64,000 bases of DNA from Eledone cirrhosa (GCA_964016885.1 OZ024740.1:325252001-325316000); one strand, 5' to 3'; numbered from the stretch's first letter, positions 1 through 15,121 are shown. Numbers and translations are program-made. Notes: generated by a model from the sequence alone, not told the origin.

Positions 1-397
1 CTCTGACTTAAACGAAGCGTCATAAAACGTATGCTGACAGTTTAAAATGTTGGGGTATCATCTACCAAGAAACGCTAACGCACACATACACACATACACA
101 TATATGTGTGTGTGTACATATAAATGCATATTCCTATACATATATATATATGTATGTATACATAGACATATATATATATATATATATATAGTGAGAGAGA
201 GAGAGAGAGAGAGGGGGGGAGAGAGATATCTATGCATGTATACGCATACACATACACACAGATATAGGTTTATAAATGCATATATAAATGTATATGTATA
301 ATGTATATATATACATACATACACACACATGCACACACATGCACACATACACCCACACACACACATACACACACATACACACACATATATATATATA

Positions 398-431
<34 letters not shown>

Positions 432-739
432 GGTCGGGTAAAATTCCCGAGATCCATGGACGAGTTCTCTCCAGCGGTCTCAGTCCTTCATCATTTTCGC
501 CATGTCGTGCCCCTCCAGGAGACCAATGTCTGTCCTTAGGGTATGAACATATGTCATCTTTGGTCTCCCTCTTCCAGTGTGTTCGTGTAGGGGCTCCCAC
601 AGGAGCACGGTGTGCAGTGTCAACTGGGAGTGTTGATGAGCATGTCCAGCTAACCTCAGTCGCCTCTATGTCACCTGCGGGCTGACTTTTAGGAGTCTCC
701 CGTACAGGTTTGAGTTCTTCATCCTCGATGCATGCTGAT

Positions 740-740
<1 letters not shown>
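432..740 (-). mobile_element. RTE-clade LINE 3' fragment (decayed)
   Basis: Minus-strand translation RRLRLAGHAHQH..LLWEPLHGHTGRGRPKMTYVHTLRTD...D*DRWRELV matches the RTE ORF2 C-terminal motifs (RLxxxGH, GRP, DRxxW); contains stops. Confidence 0.8.
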
Positions 741-771
<31 letters not shown>

Positions 772-865
772 TGAGCATATGTTAGTTGTTTACCGACACC
801 TCAGTATGCAGACTGGAGCACTCGACGAAGTACGCAGGTTGGTTTGTTTACTCCGGAGTAATGTA

Positions 866-928
866 AAATAATTAAATCAAATATGTAAAATTTGGCTTCG
901 TTTATCAAATTTTACATATTTGACTTAA

Positions 929-934
<6 letters not shown>
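866..934. repeat. 29-bp inverted repeat with 11-nt loop next to (TA)n
   Basis: AAATAATTAAATCAAATATGTAAAATTTG / CAAATTTTACATATTTGACTTAATTATTT, one mismatch. Confidence 0.85.
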
Positions 935-1022
<88 letters not shown>

Positions 1023-1356
1023 CAGGAGAGTGTGTTTTTAATTACAGGAATTTCGAACCACCAGCGTGAGAAGACTATAAGCTACTAGAGGCATTGGTAA
1101 AACATTAAAATTAAAAGTATAAATTGAAATGAAAAACCATCCTCACCTAAATCACACATGTACACACACACCAGGAGCATGTTTCGCCATTTTAGTGGGT
1201 TCCAATACGGCCCGGTGGGTCACCAGCATGTGGAAGGCCAATATTGTCCCCACTACTAGAGAGAGAACTAAAAGAAATCAGCCTTGGCACGTGTATATAT
1301 ATATATGTATATATAACATGAGGCTGGACCGGTGTAAATCCTTGAAAGGTTTATTA

Positions 1357-1412
1357 TACTATGACCATTTCAATGACGGGGTTCAGTATGAATCCGGTGA
1401 CATCATCAGGTA
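1357..1412 (-). ncRNA. Candidate type I hammerhead ribozyme in a PLE-like 3' end remnant
   Basis: Minus strand: tac CTGATGA [tgtcac..ggattca/tgaacc..gtcatt] GAAA tggtca TA gta. Stem I is short. Stem II ends match those of the 15122-15193 fold. Confidence 0.55.
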
Positions 1413-1847
1413 ATTCAAAATATAACAAAGGAATATAACAGATAAAATCCACGGGGCTGAAAATCAGAGACAAGAGGGTGACCGACAATTTAGCAGCTTC
1501 TACCTCTGTCGGCCGCCCTCGAGTGTTGATTATTAAGTCTACTTATGACCATCTGGTGTGGGGGCGCAACCTTATAATTTGCTACTACCATCCCGTCAGA
1601 TGGGAATGTCAGCGTTGAGGTCATGCGTCAATCAGGCTGGTCAGCGTGCTCGAAATCGCCGATAAAAATATATAATAGAGTATATGGCAAATCTGCCCCA
1701 TAGTTTTACAGGTACAGGCTTTCTGATTAGTGTCCACGCTGACTTGCAGATTCGTATTTACAACATACGGTTATAGTATATTCATTGAGTGAGTGGATTG
1801 CAGCTGAGCTAGACGAATTCTAATCGTCTGGCTTGTTATTATGATTA

Positions 1848-1884
<37 letters not shown>

Positions 1885-1900
1885 ATACATATATATATAC

Positions 1901-2085
<185 letters not shown>

Positions 2086-2335
2086 AGTATGTATATGCCT
2101 TACATTTTTCTCCATCTACCCTATCTTTCTGTGTATATATCTGTAGCCCTTCTCTCTCACTCTTCCCACCCTCTCCGCCTCCTTACTCTACAACCTACCT
2201 ACTGCTAAACCTATGCCACAATCTACGTAATATAAGCCAGTTTACATTAACGTAAAAGATGTTCAACCCTCTATTGTTTACATTACTCAGTATACTGTAA
2301 TGTGGAAGAGAAGACAATAAGTGTGTATTGTTTAC

Positions 2336-2427
2336 ACTACAGTATAGTGTACTGTTGTATAGAAGACAAAAAGATATGCAAAGATAATTGACTATTAACA
2401 TTTACTGAATGACATTGACAGCGTCTT

Positions 2428-2488
<61 letters not shown>

Positions 2489-2587
2489 TATTTATTGAAG
2501 ACGCTGTCAATGTCATTCAGTAAATGTTAATAGTCAATTATCTTTGCATATCTTTTTGTCTTCTATACAACAGTACACTATACTGTA

Positions 2588-2589
<2 letters not shown>
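2336..2589. repeat. Perfect 97-bp inverted repeat with a (TA)n loop
   Basis: 2336-2432 is the reverse complement of 2493-2589. Confidence 0.95.
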
Positions 2590-2618
<29 letters not shown>

Positions 2619-2659
2619 CGTTCTCACACTGGCAACCTAACTATATTTCTGGCAAGGTC

Positions 2660-2713
<54 letters not shown>

Positions 2714-2831
2714 TCACTCACACACACACACACACACACACACTGTATGTGTGTGTGTGTGTGTGCGTGTGAGTTTGTGCGTGAGTATGCTATGTATGCA
2801 TGGATTTATGTATATGTATGTGTATAAGTGT

Positions 2832-2879
<48 letters not shown>

Positions 2880-3173
2880 ATCATATTATATTATTCATTT
2901 ATGTTCATTCACGGATCAAAAACGCTAGCCAAGGTTTCTTAGATTTGACCACAGCTCCAGAAAACATGAGGCACCAAATTATTGACCTTTCTTCGCGCAC
3001 TAATACGAGTTTACAAGATAATGTTAAAAGTAAAGCTCACAAAAAAACATGTTTACCAAGACGTATTATAACAAAGGGAAATAACTCCAAGGCGTAAATT
3101 CGAAATTTGAGGTCCTTCGCGTGTTTGTATAGTATAGCAGAAGTATTGTATATTATTATACAAAACTCTCCAG

Positions 3174-3248
<75 letters not shown>

Positions 3249-3250
<2 letters not shown>

Positions 3251-3372
3251 AGGAAGTTGTAGTTCACTTGAAGCATTGTGTAATGAGGCATAAACGTTTG
3301 GAGTTGTAAGGCCAAGACAATGCAGGTATGGATATAGAACCATACCTGCATTGTCTTGGCCTTACTCCAAAC

Positions 3373-3448
<76 letters not shown>

Positions 3449-3570
3449 AGGAAGTTGTAGTTCACTTGAAGCATTGTGTAATGAGGCATAAACGTTTGGA
3501 GTTGTAAGGCCAAGACAATGCAGGTATGGATATAGAACCATACCTGCATTGTCTTGGCCTTACTCCAAAC

Positions 3571-3574
<4 letters not shown>
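3249..3574 (-). repeat. Two identical 128-bp fold-back units separated by (TA)n; derived from the PLE end at 37056
   Basis: 3249-3376 = 3447-3574. Each has a ~40-bp hairpin (AAACGTTTGGAG..GCAGGTATGG / CCATACCTGC..CTCCAAACGTTT). The first ~90 bp are homologous to 37056-37150. Confidence 0.85.
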
Positions 3575-3634
<60 letters not shown>

Positions 3635-3638
<4 letters not shown>

Positions 3639-3990
3639 AATGAATAATAACAGGTAGACATCATAAATGCTCTGAGGAAACGGTAGAAACAGCATTTGAA
3701 AACTGAGTTTCTGCAAACAAATAATTACTAATTTGCACATAGCATGGCTAGGCTGTATAACTACTGTTGAAACATTTGTAAGCACTCGGAATAAATTACC
3801 TTTTTATGATGTCTACCTGTTATTATTCATTCTTTATCTACACTCCGGAATGCAGAAGGATCAGAAACTGAGATTCTTCAACTATTCTTCCATAACTCGT
3901 TGAGTAACCCCTCACCGAACGTCAACTCTATCTAGTGTAGTAATTAACCATTACTGCATTCAGGATAATCCTAAGCATTTCTTGCATAAC

Positions 3991-3993
<3 letters not shown>
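3635..3993 (+). mobile_element. Short fold-back insertion in (TA)n (PLE-like geometry)
   Basis: 3635-3667 is the reverse complement of 3803-3835, followed by a unique tail; TA tracts on both sides. Confidence 0.6.
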
Positions 3994-4024
<31 letters not shown>

Positions 4025-4356
4025 CCATATGCAAGGATCTTGTAATGTAAGAACATATTTCGAATCAGTGGTTTAATGTACACTTATATATTAAAAGATC
4101 AAAGCGTCAAGACAGTCCTGATCGTGACCAGTCGTACCTTCAGCTGATCGATTGCAAAACATGCATAACGTCTGTATAAAACATGTATAAGATAGTGAAT
4201 TGATACTTCGTTACTGCCTGAATATTATTACACTCTATATGTTACGCCAATCAAGAACCGGTGACGATACAAACGACGAATCCTGCATTGGTAGCTGGAT
4301 CTACGTAATAGCATTGAGTGCTCAAACGGGAGCACCAACAGTAACTTAACGTTATA

Positions 4357-4482
<126 letters not shown>

Positions 4483-4484
4483 AT

Positions 4485-5118
4485 ATGAATTAAAGGATAG
4501 AGTAAGAAGCCAGGACTATCCATCATCAGTGATCTTCTGGCCATCATAGGTATTTCTTCGCATTAATGATCAGATACCTCAGGCCAGCGCGAGCAATAAC
4601 TAAATAAAGTTATTGGGATAAAAAGAATTGGGTGGAGAAAGGGAGACATATAAACAAATAAGAATGGTGAGGCAACGTAAAGAGTGGAAAATGAGAAATC
4701 AAGTCAGTGATATAAGTGAATATAAGATCTAGCGAATCATTGACGAGAAGATGAAAGACGCATCCAAGCCATGCGAAATGTGAGCGAGAAAAGAATTTCA
4801 CACGGGTCAGACGGGAGGAAGTGAGAGAGGGTGAGTAGCAGAGAGTGAGTGAGTGAAAGTGTGAGGAAGAGGCTAGCCGAGAGAGGGTGACTAGCATTCT
4901 TGTTTGTTTACATGTCTCCCTTTCTCCACCCAATTCTTTTTATCCCAATAACTTTATTTAGTTATTGCTCGCGCTGGCCTGAAGTATCTGATCTTTAATG
5001 CGAAGAAATACTATGATGGCCAGAAGATCACTGATGATGGATAGTCCTGGCTTCTTACTCTATTTTTTTATTCATAAGTATCACATCCGCAACAACGGAG
5101 CACGCAATTTTCCATTCA
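4485..5118 (+). mobile_element. Fold-back insertion with ~170-bp inverted arms plus tail (PLE-like geometry)
   Basis: 4485-4658 is a near reverse complement of 4903-5075; tail 5076-5118; microsatellite flanks. Confidence 0.7.
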
Positions 5119-5144
5119 TATATATATATATAAATATATGAATG

Positions 5145-5231
<87 letters not shown>

Positions 5232-5274
5232 AGAAAGGATTTCTACAGGAGTTACCCCCGATTGAACTCACATT

Positions 5275-5305
<31 letters not shown>

Positions 5306-5345
5306 CGATATTGACAAATGGAAACTATATTTATAAAACCATATT

Positions 5346-5410
5346 TATTTCATTATACATATTTCAAGGACACCACGTTAAATTATGGTGTGCTTTCATC
5401 AGATAAAATA
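5346..5410 (-). ncRNA. Candidate type I hammerhead ribozyme (family also at 55940)
   Basis: Minus strand: tattttat CTGATGA aag-c-acacca..tggtgt-c-ctt GAAA tatgta TA atgaaata. 8-bp stem I and near-palindromic stem III. Confidence 0.7.
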
Positions 5411-5475
5411 TAATATAGACCAGCTTTAGAAATAAATATTGACATACCCTTAAATAATGCAACCATTACTGTTTT

Positions 5476-5525
<50 letters not shown>

Positions 5526-5530
5526 TATAA

Positions 5531-5710
5531 TTGTTTCTACTATTGGCACAAGGCCAGAAAATTACCCAGTACATTACTGGTACTTTATTTTATCGACCCG
5601 GTAAGGATGAAAGGCAAAGTTAACCTCGGCGGGATTTGAACTCAGAATGGCAAGGGCCGTAACTCTATGCGTCAAAGCATGGCGTCCGAACCTCTACCGA
5701 TACTGCCAAT
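5531..5710 (-). mobile_element. tRNA-derived SINE, family A
   Basis: Minus strand head TTGGCAGTATCGGTAG...GAGTTCAAATCC (A/B-box like) and core CCGAGGTTAACTTTGCCTTTCATCCTTACCGGGTCGATAAAATAAAGTACCAG, repeated many times in the window. Confidence 0.85.
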
Positions 5711-5723
5711 AATGAAGTGTAAT

Positions 5724-5880
5724 CCCACAGAAAGAGTAGTGTTTGCCGTTCTATTTATATACCAACACAAGAGAAAGAATGACGGTGTCATTATATGGAC
5801 ATGGCTTAACAAGGCTGTTTGGATAATTGCAAATGAATCGAATATTATTGTTAATATTCGAAAAACTCAAATTACATTTA
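5724..5880 (+). mobile_element. 3' fragment of the ~430-bp hammerhead/octamer repeat family
   Basis: Reverse-complement homologue of 37853-38010; ends in (TA)n. Confidence 0.7.
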
Positions 5881-5883
5881 TAT

Positions 5884-5987
<104 letters not shown>

Positions 5988-6873
5988 GGGTTAGGGAGAA
6001 AGTGAGAGAGAGAGAGGGGAGAGAGAGAGGGAGATATGTAAAATTCCGACCATGTCAGATGAAATAAAAAAAAAATAGACTAATATTGTATTTGACAGTT
6101 TTATGCCCATTTCCAAGGCCAATTGTGCCATTGATTCTTCCAGTAAGTTATTGGGATTGATAAGTAAAGTGCCAGAAGTACTGCGGTCGATCTGATCCGC
6201 TGTTCAATCTATTAAAAAATTGATTGACGTTTGCCTGTTACAAGTGATTATTCTTGTCTCTTCTTTATCTCTTTTTCTCTCTCACACTCTCACACTCCCT
6301 TTCTTTCTCTGTTTTACCTGATGTTGCATTTCGTCCTCTCCCTCTCGCTCTCTCCCCCTCTATATCCCCTCTTTATTACTCTTCTTTATATTTTTGTCAT
6401 AAGTTACCTCCTCCCAACCCCCCCTCACTTTCATTACATGACCTTTTTAGTTTCAAAATAAAGCAGGAAATCGTAATATATACTATTTTTTATGGATGTA
6501 CACATGATTATATATGTGCCTATGAATACATATAGACACACACAGGGAGACACATGCACAGACATAAGCTCACATCACTCACATATGTATGTGTATACAC
6601 ACACTCAAACACACAGACAAATATATATATATATATATGTATGTATATATTAATGCCATGGGCCCTTACATCCACGCGAGAAAGTAAGCAAAGCGTTTGC
6701 GTATATATATGTGTGTGTGCGTGTGTGTGTGTGTGTGTCATAAATTGCCGTTCCAATACTCACTAAATAACCTTTGCTCTCTCTCCCCCCTCCCCCTCTC
6801 TCTCTGGACTACTTCCGCACTGCGGCAACAAAGTTATCGTCTTGGGTGTTCCTGATATCATTACTCTATATGC

Positions 6874-6931
<58 letters not shown>

Positions 6932-7134
6932 TCTAGTATTATGTATACTGTTTATATATAACATGTTTCTATTTTGATATTAATGTATAAAACGGGAATC
7001 TCATGTTTGAAAACAGAATTATTCTCAGCGGTATACATTTCTATTATCCTAATATATATTTAAAGTATCCATTAGTTTTATTATATAAATAGTTTTTTTT
7101 TTGTCTTCCTATAATGTTATGTTTTGATCCACTG

Positions 7135-7400
7135 CTGGATGAAGCTGTAGCATGTCGTTAGGAGTTTATCTTCACTGGAAGTGGCCTCAGTATGTCGTTT
7201 TTGGCTTATATCTACTGGATGACTCCTCGGCATGTGGTTTTGGGTTTATTTTGCTGGATGAAACCTCAGTATGTCATTTTGGGATTATTTTCACTGAATG
7301 CAGGCCTAGTATATTTTTGATGGTTCATGTTTGCTGAATAAAATCCCACTATATCGATGGTGATTTATTTATGCTGGCTGTAAGATTATCTATACACGAT
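7135..7400. repeat. Degenerate 40-bp minisatellite (~7 units, extra unit near 7636)
   Basis: CTGGATGAA...CAGTATGTC..TTTGGGTTTAT units start at 7135, 7175, 7215, 7254, 7294, 7334 and 7374. Confidence 0.75.
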
Positions 7401-8129
7401 GGTTAATCGTAGACTGGGTATAATGCTCTCCTTCGGTAGGGTGATTATACTATCCAGTTTCCGTTTACCAAAGTCCACTCATAAGGCACTGGTGAATCCA
7501 AAGAGATAGTAGAAGACAATTGCTCAAAGTGGCACGCAGCAGGAATGAACCACGAATCACATGGTAGCATTATGAACTCATTACATACACATCCATGGGT
7601 TTTGTTCTTCCTATCAGCTATTCTTCGACCCCATGCTGGATGAACCCTCAGCATGTCGTTTGTGGTTTATATATGCTGATTGTTAGTCTGTCAATGAGTG
7701 CTGACTATTTGCGAGTTTGATGTGATACTGTCCCTTGTTAGAGTAATTAGACCTGATCATAGACTCTTATTGGAAATACGAAATCAAAACGCCAAATCCT
7801 GGCACAGACACTGCATGGCATCTCATCCAACGCCTTTAGAATTTCACCCATTAACCGTTTTAGACAAGCACTTTAATTTATCGGACTCGAACAAATAAAA
7901 GGCTACGTTTACCTCGGTGAGATTTGAATCTTGAAACAATGCAAGGCAATATTGGAGTCAGCCATGTTGGGACTTCGCCTCAAACGTATTTAGTCGATCA
8001 TATTAACGCTAGGAATTATTTTTCCAAGTCTGGTAGTTATTTTATTTATTTCGTTTGGTCGAACTGGAACCTAAACACAGGCAGAGATATAAACCTAAAT
8101 AAAGACACGAAAGCACAAACACATATGTG

Positions 8130-8768
8130 TGTTCTTCTGGTTTTATAATTTTATAAATTTTTACCAATGGGGAGAGAGAGTCGGTTTCTAACATAGACAC
8201 AAGACTCTCTCATTGGAATTCACACATCAACTAGGTAGATATGTATGTATGTCTGCATGCATGCATGTGTGTGCAGGTGTGGATGTTATTGTGTGTGTGG
8301 ATGTGGATGTTTTGAGTTATAAGTGTGCATGGGCATATGCTTTATATCTGTACATGTGTATATGCAGTTACTAGTAGGAGAATTTTTTGGAATTTTTACA
8401 TATGTTCACTATTCTATTAATGGATTGTACTTGTAATTTCCTAACTAGTTGCGTTCTTTCTTTTTCCTGTGAAGCCCAGCTTCTCAAGATTTGTACTGAG
8501 GCAGTTACTAAGACATCCCAGTGCGCCAATAATCATGGGCATAAATCTGAAGGTATAGTCAGGGTGGAGTATCTGAAGATTTCTCATTAGTTCTGCATTG
8601 ATATTCTCCTTTTCGCTTATCTTTAATATTATATTGGCATCTGCTGGGCAGCTAACTTCGACTACTGTGCATGCCTTCATTTACTTGTCACATATCATTA
8701 TATCTGGTCTGTAGTGCTTGCATTATATTGAGGTTTTGACTGGAACATTCCACCAGTACTCTTTCATA
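8130..8768 (-). mobile_element. RLE-type (R4-like) non-LTR retrotransposon 3' fragment
   Basis: WWNVPVKT..KHYRPDIMICDK..VVEVSCP..EKE..PMIIGALG is a PD-(D/E)xK restriction-like endonuclease. The 3'UTR matches 15826-16140. Confidence 0.8.
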
Positions 8769-9594
8769 TTATGTATGTAGGTATGTATTTGATGTAATGT
8801 CTGTATGAATGCATGAATGTATACATGTATGTATCCATGTATGTATGCATGAATGTATCCATGTGTGTTATGTATGTATGAATGCATGTATGTATGTGTG
8901 TTCGTACGTATGCATAGATTTATGCATGTATGTGTGTATGTATGCATGTACGTATGTATGCATGAATGCATGCAGAATGTATGTATATATGTATATGTGT
9001 ATGTATGTGTGCCCACACATATACTCGACGAGTTTCAATACAGATTCTTCTACCAAATTTAACTCACAAGGCATGTTTGTCAACTCGAGGCTATAGAAGA
9101 AGACATTTGCCCAAGATGCAACCACGCAGAAGGAACTGAACCCGAAATCACGTGACTGCGAAGTGAAACCTTAAACCAGACAGCTATACCTGCAGCATCT
9201 GTATCATATATCCAAGAAGCAAGAACGTTGATAAATAGGGAAGGATAGGATTGGAAGAAAAAACCGCTAAATGGATAGGAATGGAATGAAGAAAAGGAGG
9301 TTAGAATGAAATCAAGATAGAAATGAGGAGGTGGAAAGCTGGGGGATAAGGAATTACACAAAATACTGCTATATAAAAAGACTATTACCTTTTTATTAGC
9401 CTGCACCTAGTTATGATGACGACTGCCGTGGTGTAACAAACACATCAACCAGATGTTTTCTCCTGTATGATGATATGATGATGGTGGAAACTAGAATCGC
9501 AGCTGAACTATCAAGATATCAAGGGCCCCTCGTTTTCCGCTCCGACTCAAACATAAATAACAGTCGCAGTCACAGAATAGCAGTGCGTGTGTAT

Positions 9595-9636
<42 letters not shown>

Positions 9637-9790
9637 TGTGTGTGTGTGTGTGTGCGTGCCTGCGTGGGTGTTTGTGTATGTGCGTATATATGTAAATACG
9701 CGTGCGTGCTTAAGAGTAATGAAAAGATGACTCATTTATATAAACATGCGCACACACAGAAATATATATATATATATTTATATATATATA

Positions 9791-9837
<47 letters not shown>

Positions 9838-9874
9838 CCTCCTCTTATATATATATATATATATATATGTAGAT

Positions 9875-11390
<1,516 letters not shown>

Positions 11391-11408
11391 TGTATGTATA
11401 TATATATA

Positions 11409-11506
<98 letters not shown>

Positions 11507-11516
11507 TATATATATA

Positions 11517-11562
<46 letters not shown>

Positions 11563-11575
11563 ATGTATATATATA

Positions 11576-11621
<46 letters not shown>

Positions 11622-11700
11622 ATATATTATTTATATATATATATATTATTTATATATATTATTTATATATATATATATTATTTATATATATATATATATA

Positions 11701-11762
<62 letters not shown>

Positions 11763-11769
<7 letters not shown>

Positions 11770-14350
11770 TGCTGAAAAAACAGCCCAAACACTTACGACG
11801 AGATCTGCTAAGCAGATACACAACAAACTAAAACACGTAGAAGGTCTCTTTCAAACTAATTCAAAACCATTTTGAAAAACTTCGACATATTTACTCTAAT
11901 GGACAAACACAACAACAACAACAACAACAGCCACACCAACAACAACAACAACAGCCAGAAAGCCAGGAGCAACCACTATGTGAATTCAAGCATAATCACT
12001 GAACTACTAAATGATAGTATCACTCAGCCACTCACTGAGCCATCATTATCGCCATCACCATCACCACCGTCACCATCCCCTGCCACACCTACATCTTCTG
12101 CCACACCAACTGCTAGTAATGGACCACTGCTCTCTCTCCCACCACAGTTGTCATCATCATCACTACCAATGCTTTCTTACCCCACATCACCACCACAACC
12201 ATGCCATAATCAAAAGAACTATAAAAAAAAAAGTTCTATGGTGCTGTATGCACCCCCCCCCCTCACTACACATACTAGAAACCCCCAAATATGCCGCTAT
12301 TCACTACGTCAGAGGCTATGCACACGTAGCGACTGTATATTTGCCCATTTACCGGGTACTGGGCGCACTAACACTGCCAGCCATCACCAAAGCACGCTGC
12401 CTGCACGTATAGGTCGCAGTCCCAAAATCTGCCAACATTCCCAACGTGAGAGGCTATGTCTGCTGACTGACTGTCCCTTCACTCATCTTCCTGGGACACA
12501 ACGCACGAGCAGAAAAGGGGCTTCATGCCAACCCACAAACCACAATAAAGCCACCCCCTGCTGCGGTAATTCTGCTCCAGTCTCCTCACAAAGACATGAT
12601 TACAACAACAAAATTAATGCTGCTCCAGTCTTGTCACAAAGACACGATCACAACAACAACAAATACAACAACAACAAAAATAACGCTGCTCCAGTCTTTT
12701 CACAAAGACACAATTACAACAAATACAACAACAACAACAAAAGAGGGAACTGCAACCCTATCCAATGTTGTAACCACAACTCCAATCAAAAACTGCTCCC
12801 TGAACAAAAAATAAATATTTCTTTTTTTAACCATGAACCTGGCAAAAGAGATAGAGAAAAATTTTAGCCATCAACCAACACCAACCTTGCTGTGACTAAC
12901 ACACAATCACAAAACAAGCCCCCTGCAACAGTCAAAACCATCCACCACACTAGCCTCCACATTCTTACTCAATACACAAGATATCAGCCCATCCATCAAT
13001 GCACAGAAATCGAAGATCCAATTCATTGAGGATTCAGTTGGTAACCATCCATTTCACATCCCCTTCTTCATTCTTACTGAGACCCACCTTGACAACTCCC
13101 ACTTGGAGGCCGAAGTAAGAGTGAGAAATTTCACAACCATCCGTGCGGATCATGTTGGCAGAAGGAAGGGTGGAACTGCCATTTTCCTGCATGATTCCTT
13201 TACGGCAGATGGCAACACAACATTCTCTAATGAATACTGTGAATCAATCACTGTGCACAATAAAGTCAATGACCTGACATTAGTTGGGCTCTATAGGCCA
13301 CCACAAACACCCATAATCTGTTTCAAAGACTTTAATCTACCCTGTGTCGTTTGGTCTACATGTAGTTTGAAACCAGGCACCACAGCCTCAACCACTGATA
13401 AAGAGGCTGTCGAGTCACTTCTTGACTTCAGGAATGAGTTTTTTTTGTCCCAACTTGTCCTTCCACCAACGAGGCATCAGAAGAACATTCTGGATCTTGT
13501 GTTTAGTAACCACACTAACACTATACATAATATTACAGTGGAAACAACCCTTCTCTCAGATCATGACATGGTTCTTTGTAACCTGAGATTCCACCAGCCG
13601 AAAGATAATCCCAGGGTCCTCTCTCCAGCCCACCCATTTGATAACATGGATCTCTACAATGCCAGCTGGGATGCAATTATGAACGAACTATCACATGTCG
13701 ACTGGTCTTTTACACACGCACACACTTCCACCAACATCAAAACATCTTGGCAGATCTTTGTAGACACTGTCAAAAATATATGTACAAAACACACCCTACC
13801 AAAACCTGTGAAAAATACCAAGTGCAGTATCCCCCAAAACAGAAAAATAAAAAGAACAAACAAAAAAATTAACACACTAAAATACTGCCAACAGCAACAC
13901 ACACATTCAATGGCTATCACCCTGCTTGAGTAAAACAAATATAACCTCCAGCAATGCATGATGACCATCATCAATAACCGGAGAATAGCTGTAGAGAGGT
14001 GGGCCATTGAGAAAATCAAACTCAACCCCAAAGTGTTGTCTTCTCATTCGCTAAAAGACACAAGATCACCGTCTCCAATGTTCGCCCCTTAGTTGATTAA
14101 AATGGCACACTCCAGGACAATGCCAAAACCATGGGCCAGATATTGCAGAAACAATACTGCTCTGTTTTCAGCAACCCTGATATGGCCGATCTGGGCTGTA
14201 TCAGTGATATTAACCCCCAACACACTATATCAGACATAACGTTTGGCGCCCCTGATGTCTTAGCGGCAAATAACGAAATTAAACACAATTCAGCAGTAGG
14301 CCCCGACAGGTTCCCTGTTTGTATCCTGAAGGTGCGTCGACACCAACTTG
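11763..14350 (+). mobile_element. CR1-group LINE 5' half: ORF1-like region with two CCCH fingers, APE endonuclease and start of RT (disrupted, 3' truncated)
   Basis: 11872-12867 has CRYSLRQRLCTRSDCIFAH and CQHSQRERLCLLTDCPFTH. Downstream: LTETHL..RAD..RRKGGTAIF, LYRPP, DFNLP, PTR..NILDLVF, SDHDMV (APE) and SAVGPD (RT N-terminus). Stops and frameshifts present. Confidence 0.85.
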
Positions 14351-14357
14351 CTAATCT

Positions 14358-14424
14358 GTATACATACTTATATTTAAATAACAGCCGTACTAAGAGTGAG
14401 AAATGAAATTTCGTTTCATTTTTT

Positions 14425-14431
<7 letters not shown>
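14358..14431 (+). mobile_element. 3' tail of the 417-bp hammerhead repeat family, capping the truncated LINE
   Basis: GTATACATACTTATATTTAA..CAGCCGTACTAAGAGTGAGAAAT matches 30866-30934. Confidence 0.7.
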
Positions 14432-14490
<59 letters not shown>

Positions 14491-14495
<5 letters not shown>

Positions 14496-14970
14496 GTAAT
14501 CTCAGTTTTTCGAATATTAATAAAAACATTCGATTCGTTTGTAATTATGCAAACAAGCCTCAATTTTATAGTCATGTCATTAATATTCGAAAATCTCAGA
14601 TTACATTTATTATATTTAGCCATGTAGAGCGAAATTTTCTTTTTTATTTGAATTTGGCAAAGCCGGCCATTTATCGCTCGTAAAAAGGAAATTGACTGGC
14701 CAGTCTTCTGATATGCAAATCTGGCTGATCAGTGGATCTGCTGTATATGCGCATCTGACTGATCAGCCAGTCTGTTAATATGCAAATTAGGCCGATCAGT
14801 CACTGTGTATTTTTGAAAATAGCATATATTTTCACTAGCTCTGACAGTTTGGCAGGTGAACAGTGAGCTGTACTGATGAAGGGTGATATCCAGAAATATT
14901 AGTGTCTGCAGTTCTGTTCGCATGCGATTATTCAGCCATGTAGAGCGAGATTTTCTTTTTTATTTTATTT
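14491..14970 (+). mobile_element. Non-coding hammerhead/octamer element with inverted 5' arm and duplicated tail
   Basis: 14491-14521 is inverted against 14579-14609. The tail AGCCATGTAGAGCGA.ATTTTC occurs near 14618 and again near 14934. Homologous to 37853-38280; TA flanks. Confidence 0.75.
14865..14914 (+). ncRNA. Candidate type I hammerhead ribozyme
   Basis: gagctgta CTGATGA a-gggt-gat-atcc-a GAAA tattagtg TC tgcagttc; 8-bp stem I, GUC site. Confidence 0.8.
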
Positions 14971-15121
14971 TATATATATATATATATATATACTTAAGGT
15001 AAATATTGATGCAATTCAATTCAAGCACTCAACGCACTTTTTCCACTTAGGAGTGACGGAGTATATATCGAATAAGAAAAAGCGAAGTAGTTTCAGATGT
15101 TAAAGTCCTTTAATGATAATG

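Noticed and set aside
3665-3698. aaatgct CTGAGGA aacggta GAAAC agcattt
   Set aside because: Stem I and core are present but stem III and the cleavage triplet are missing; at most a dead remnant.
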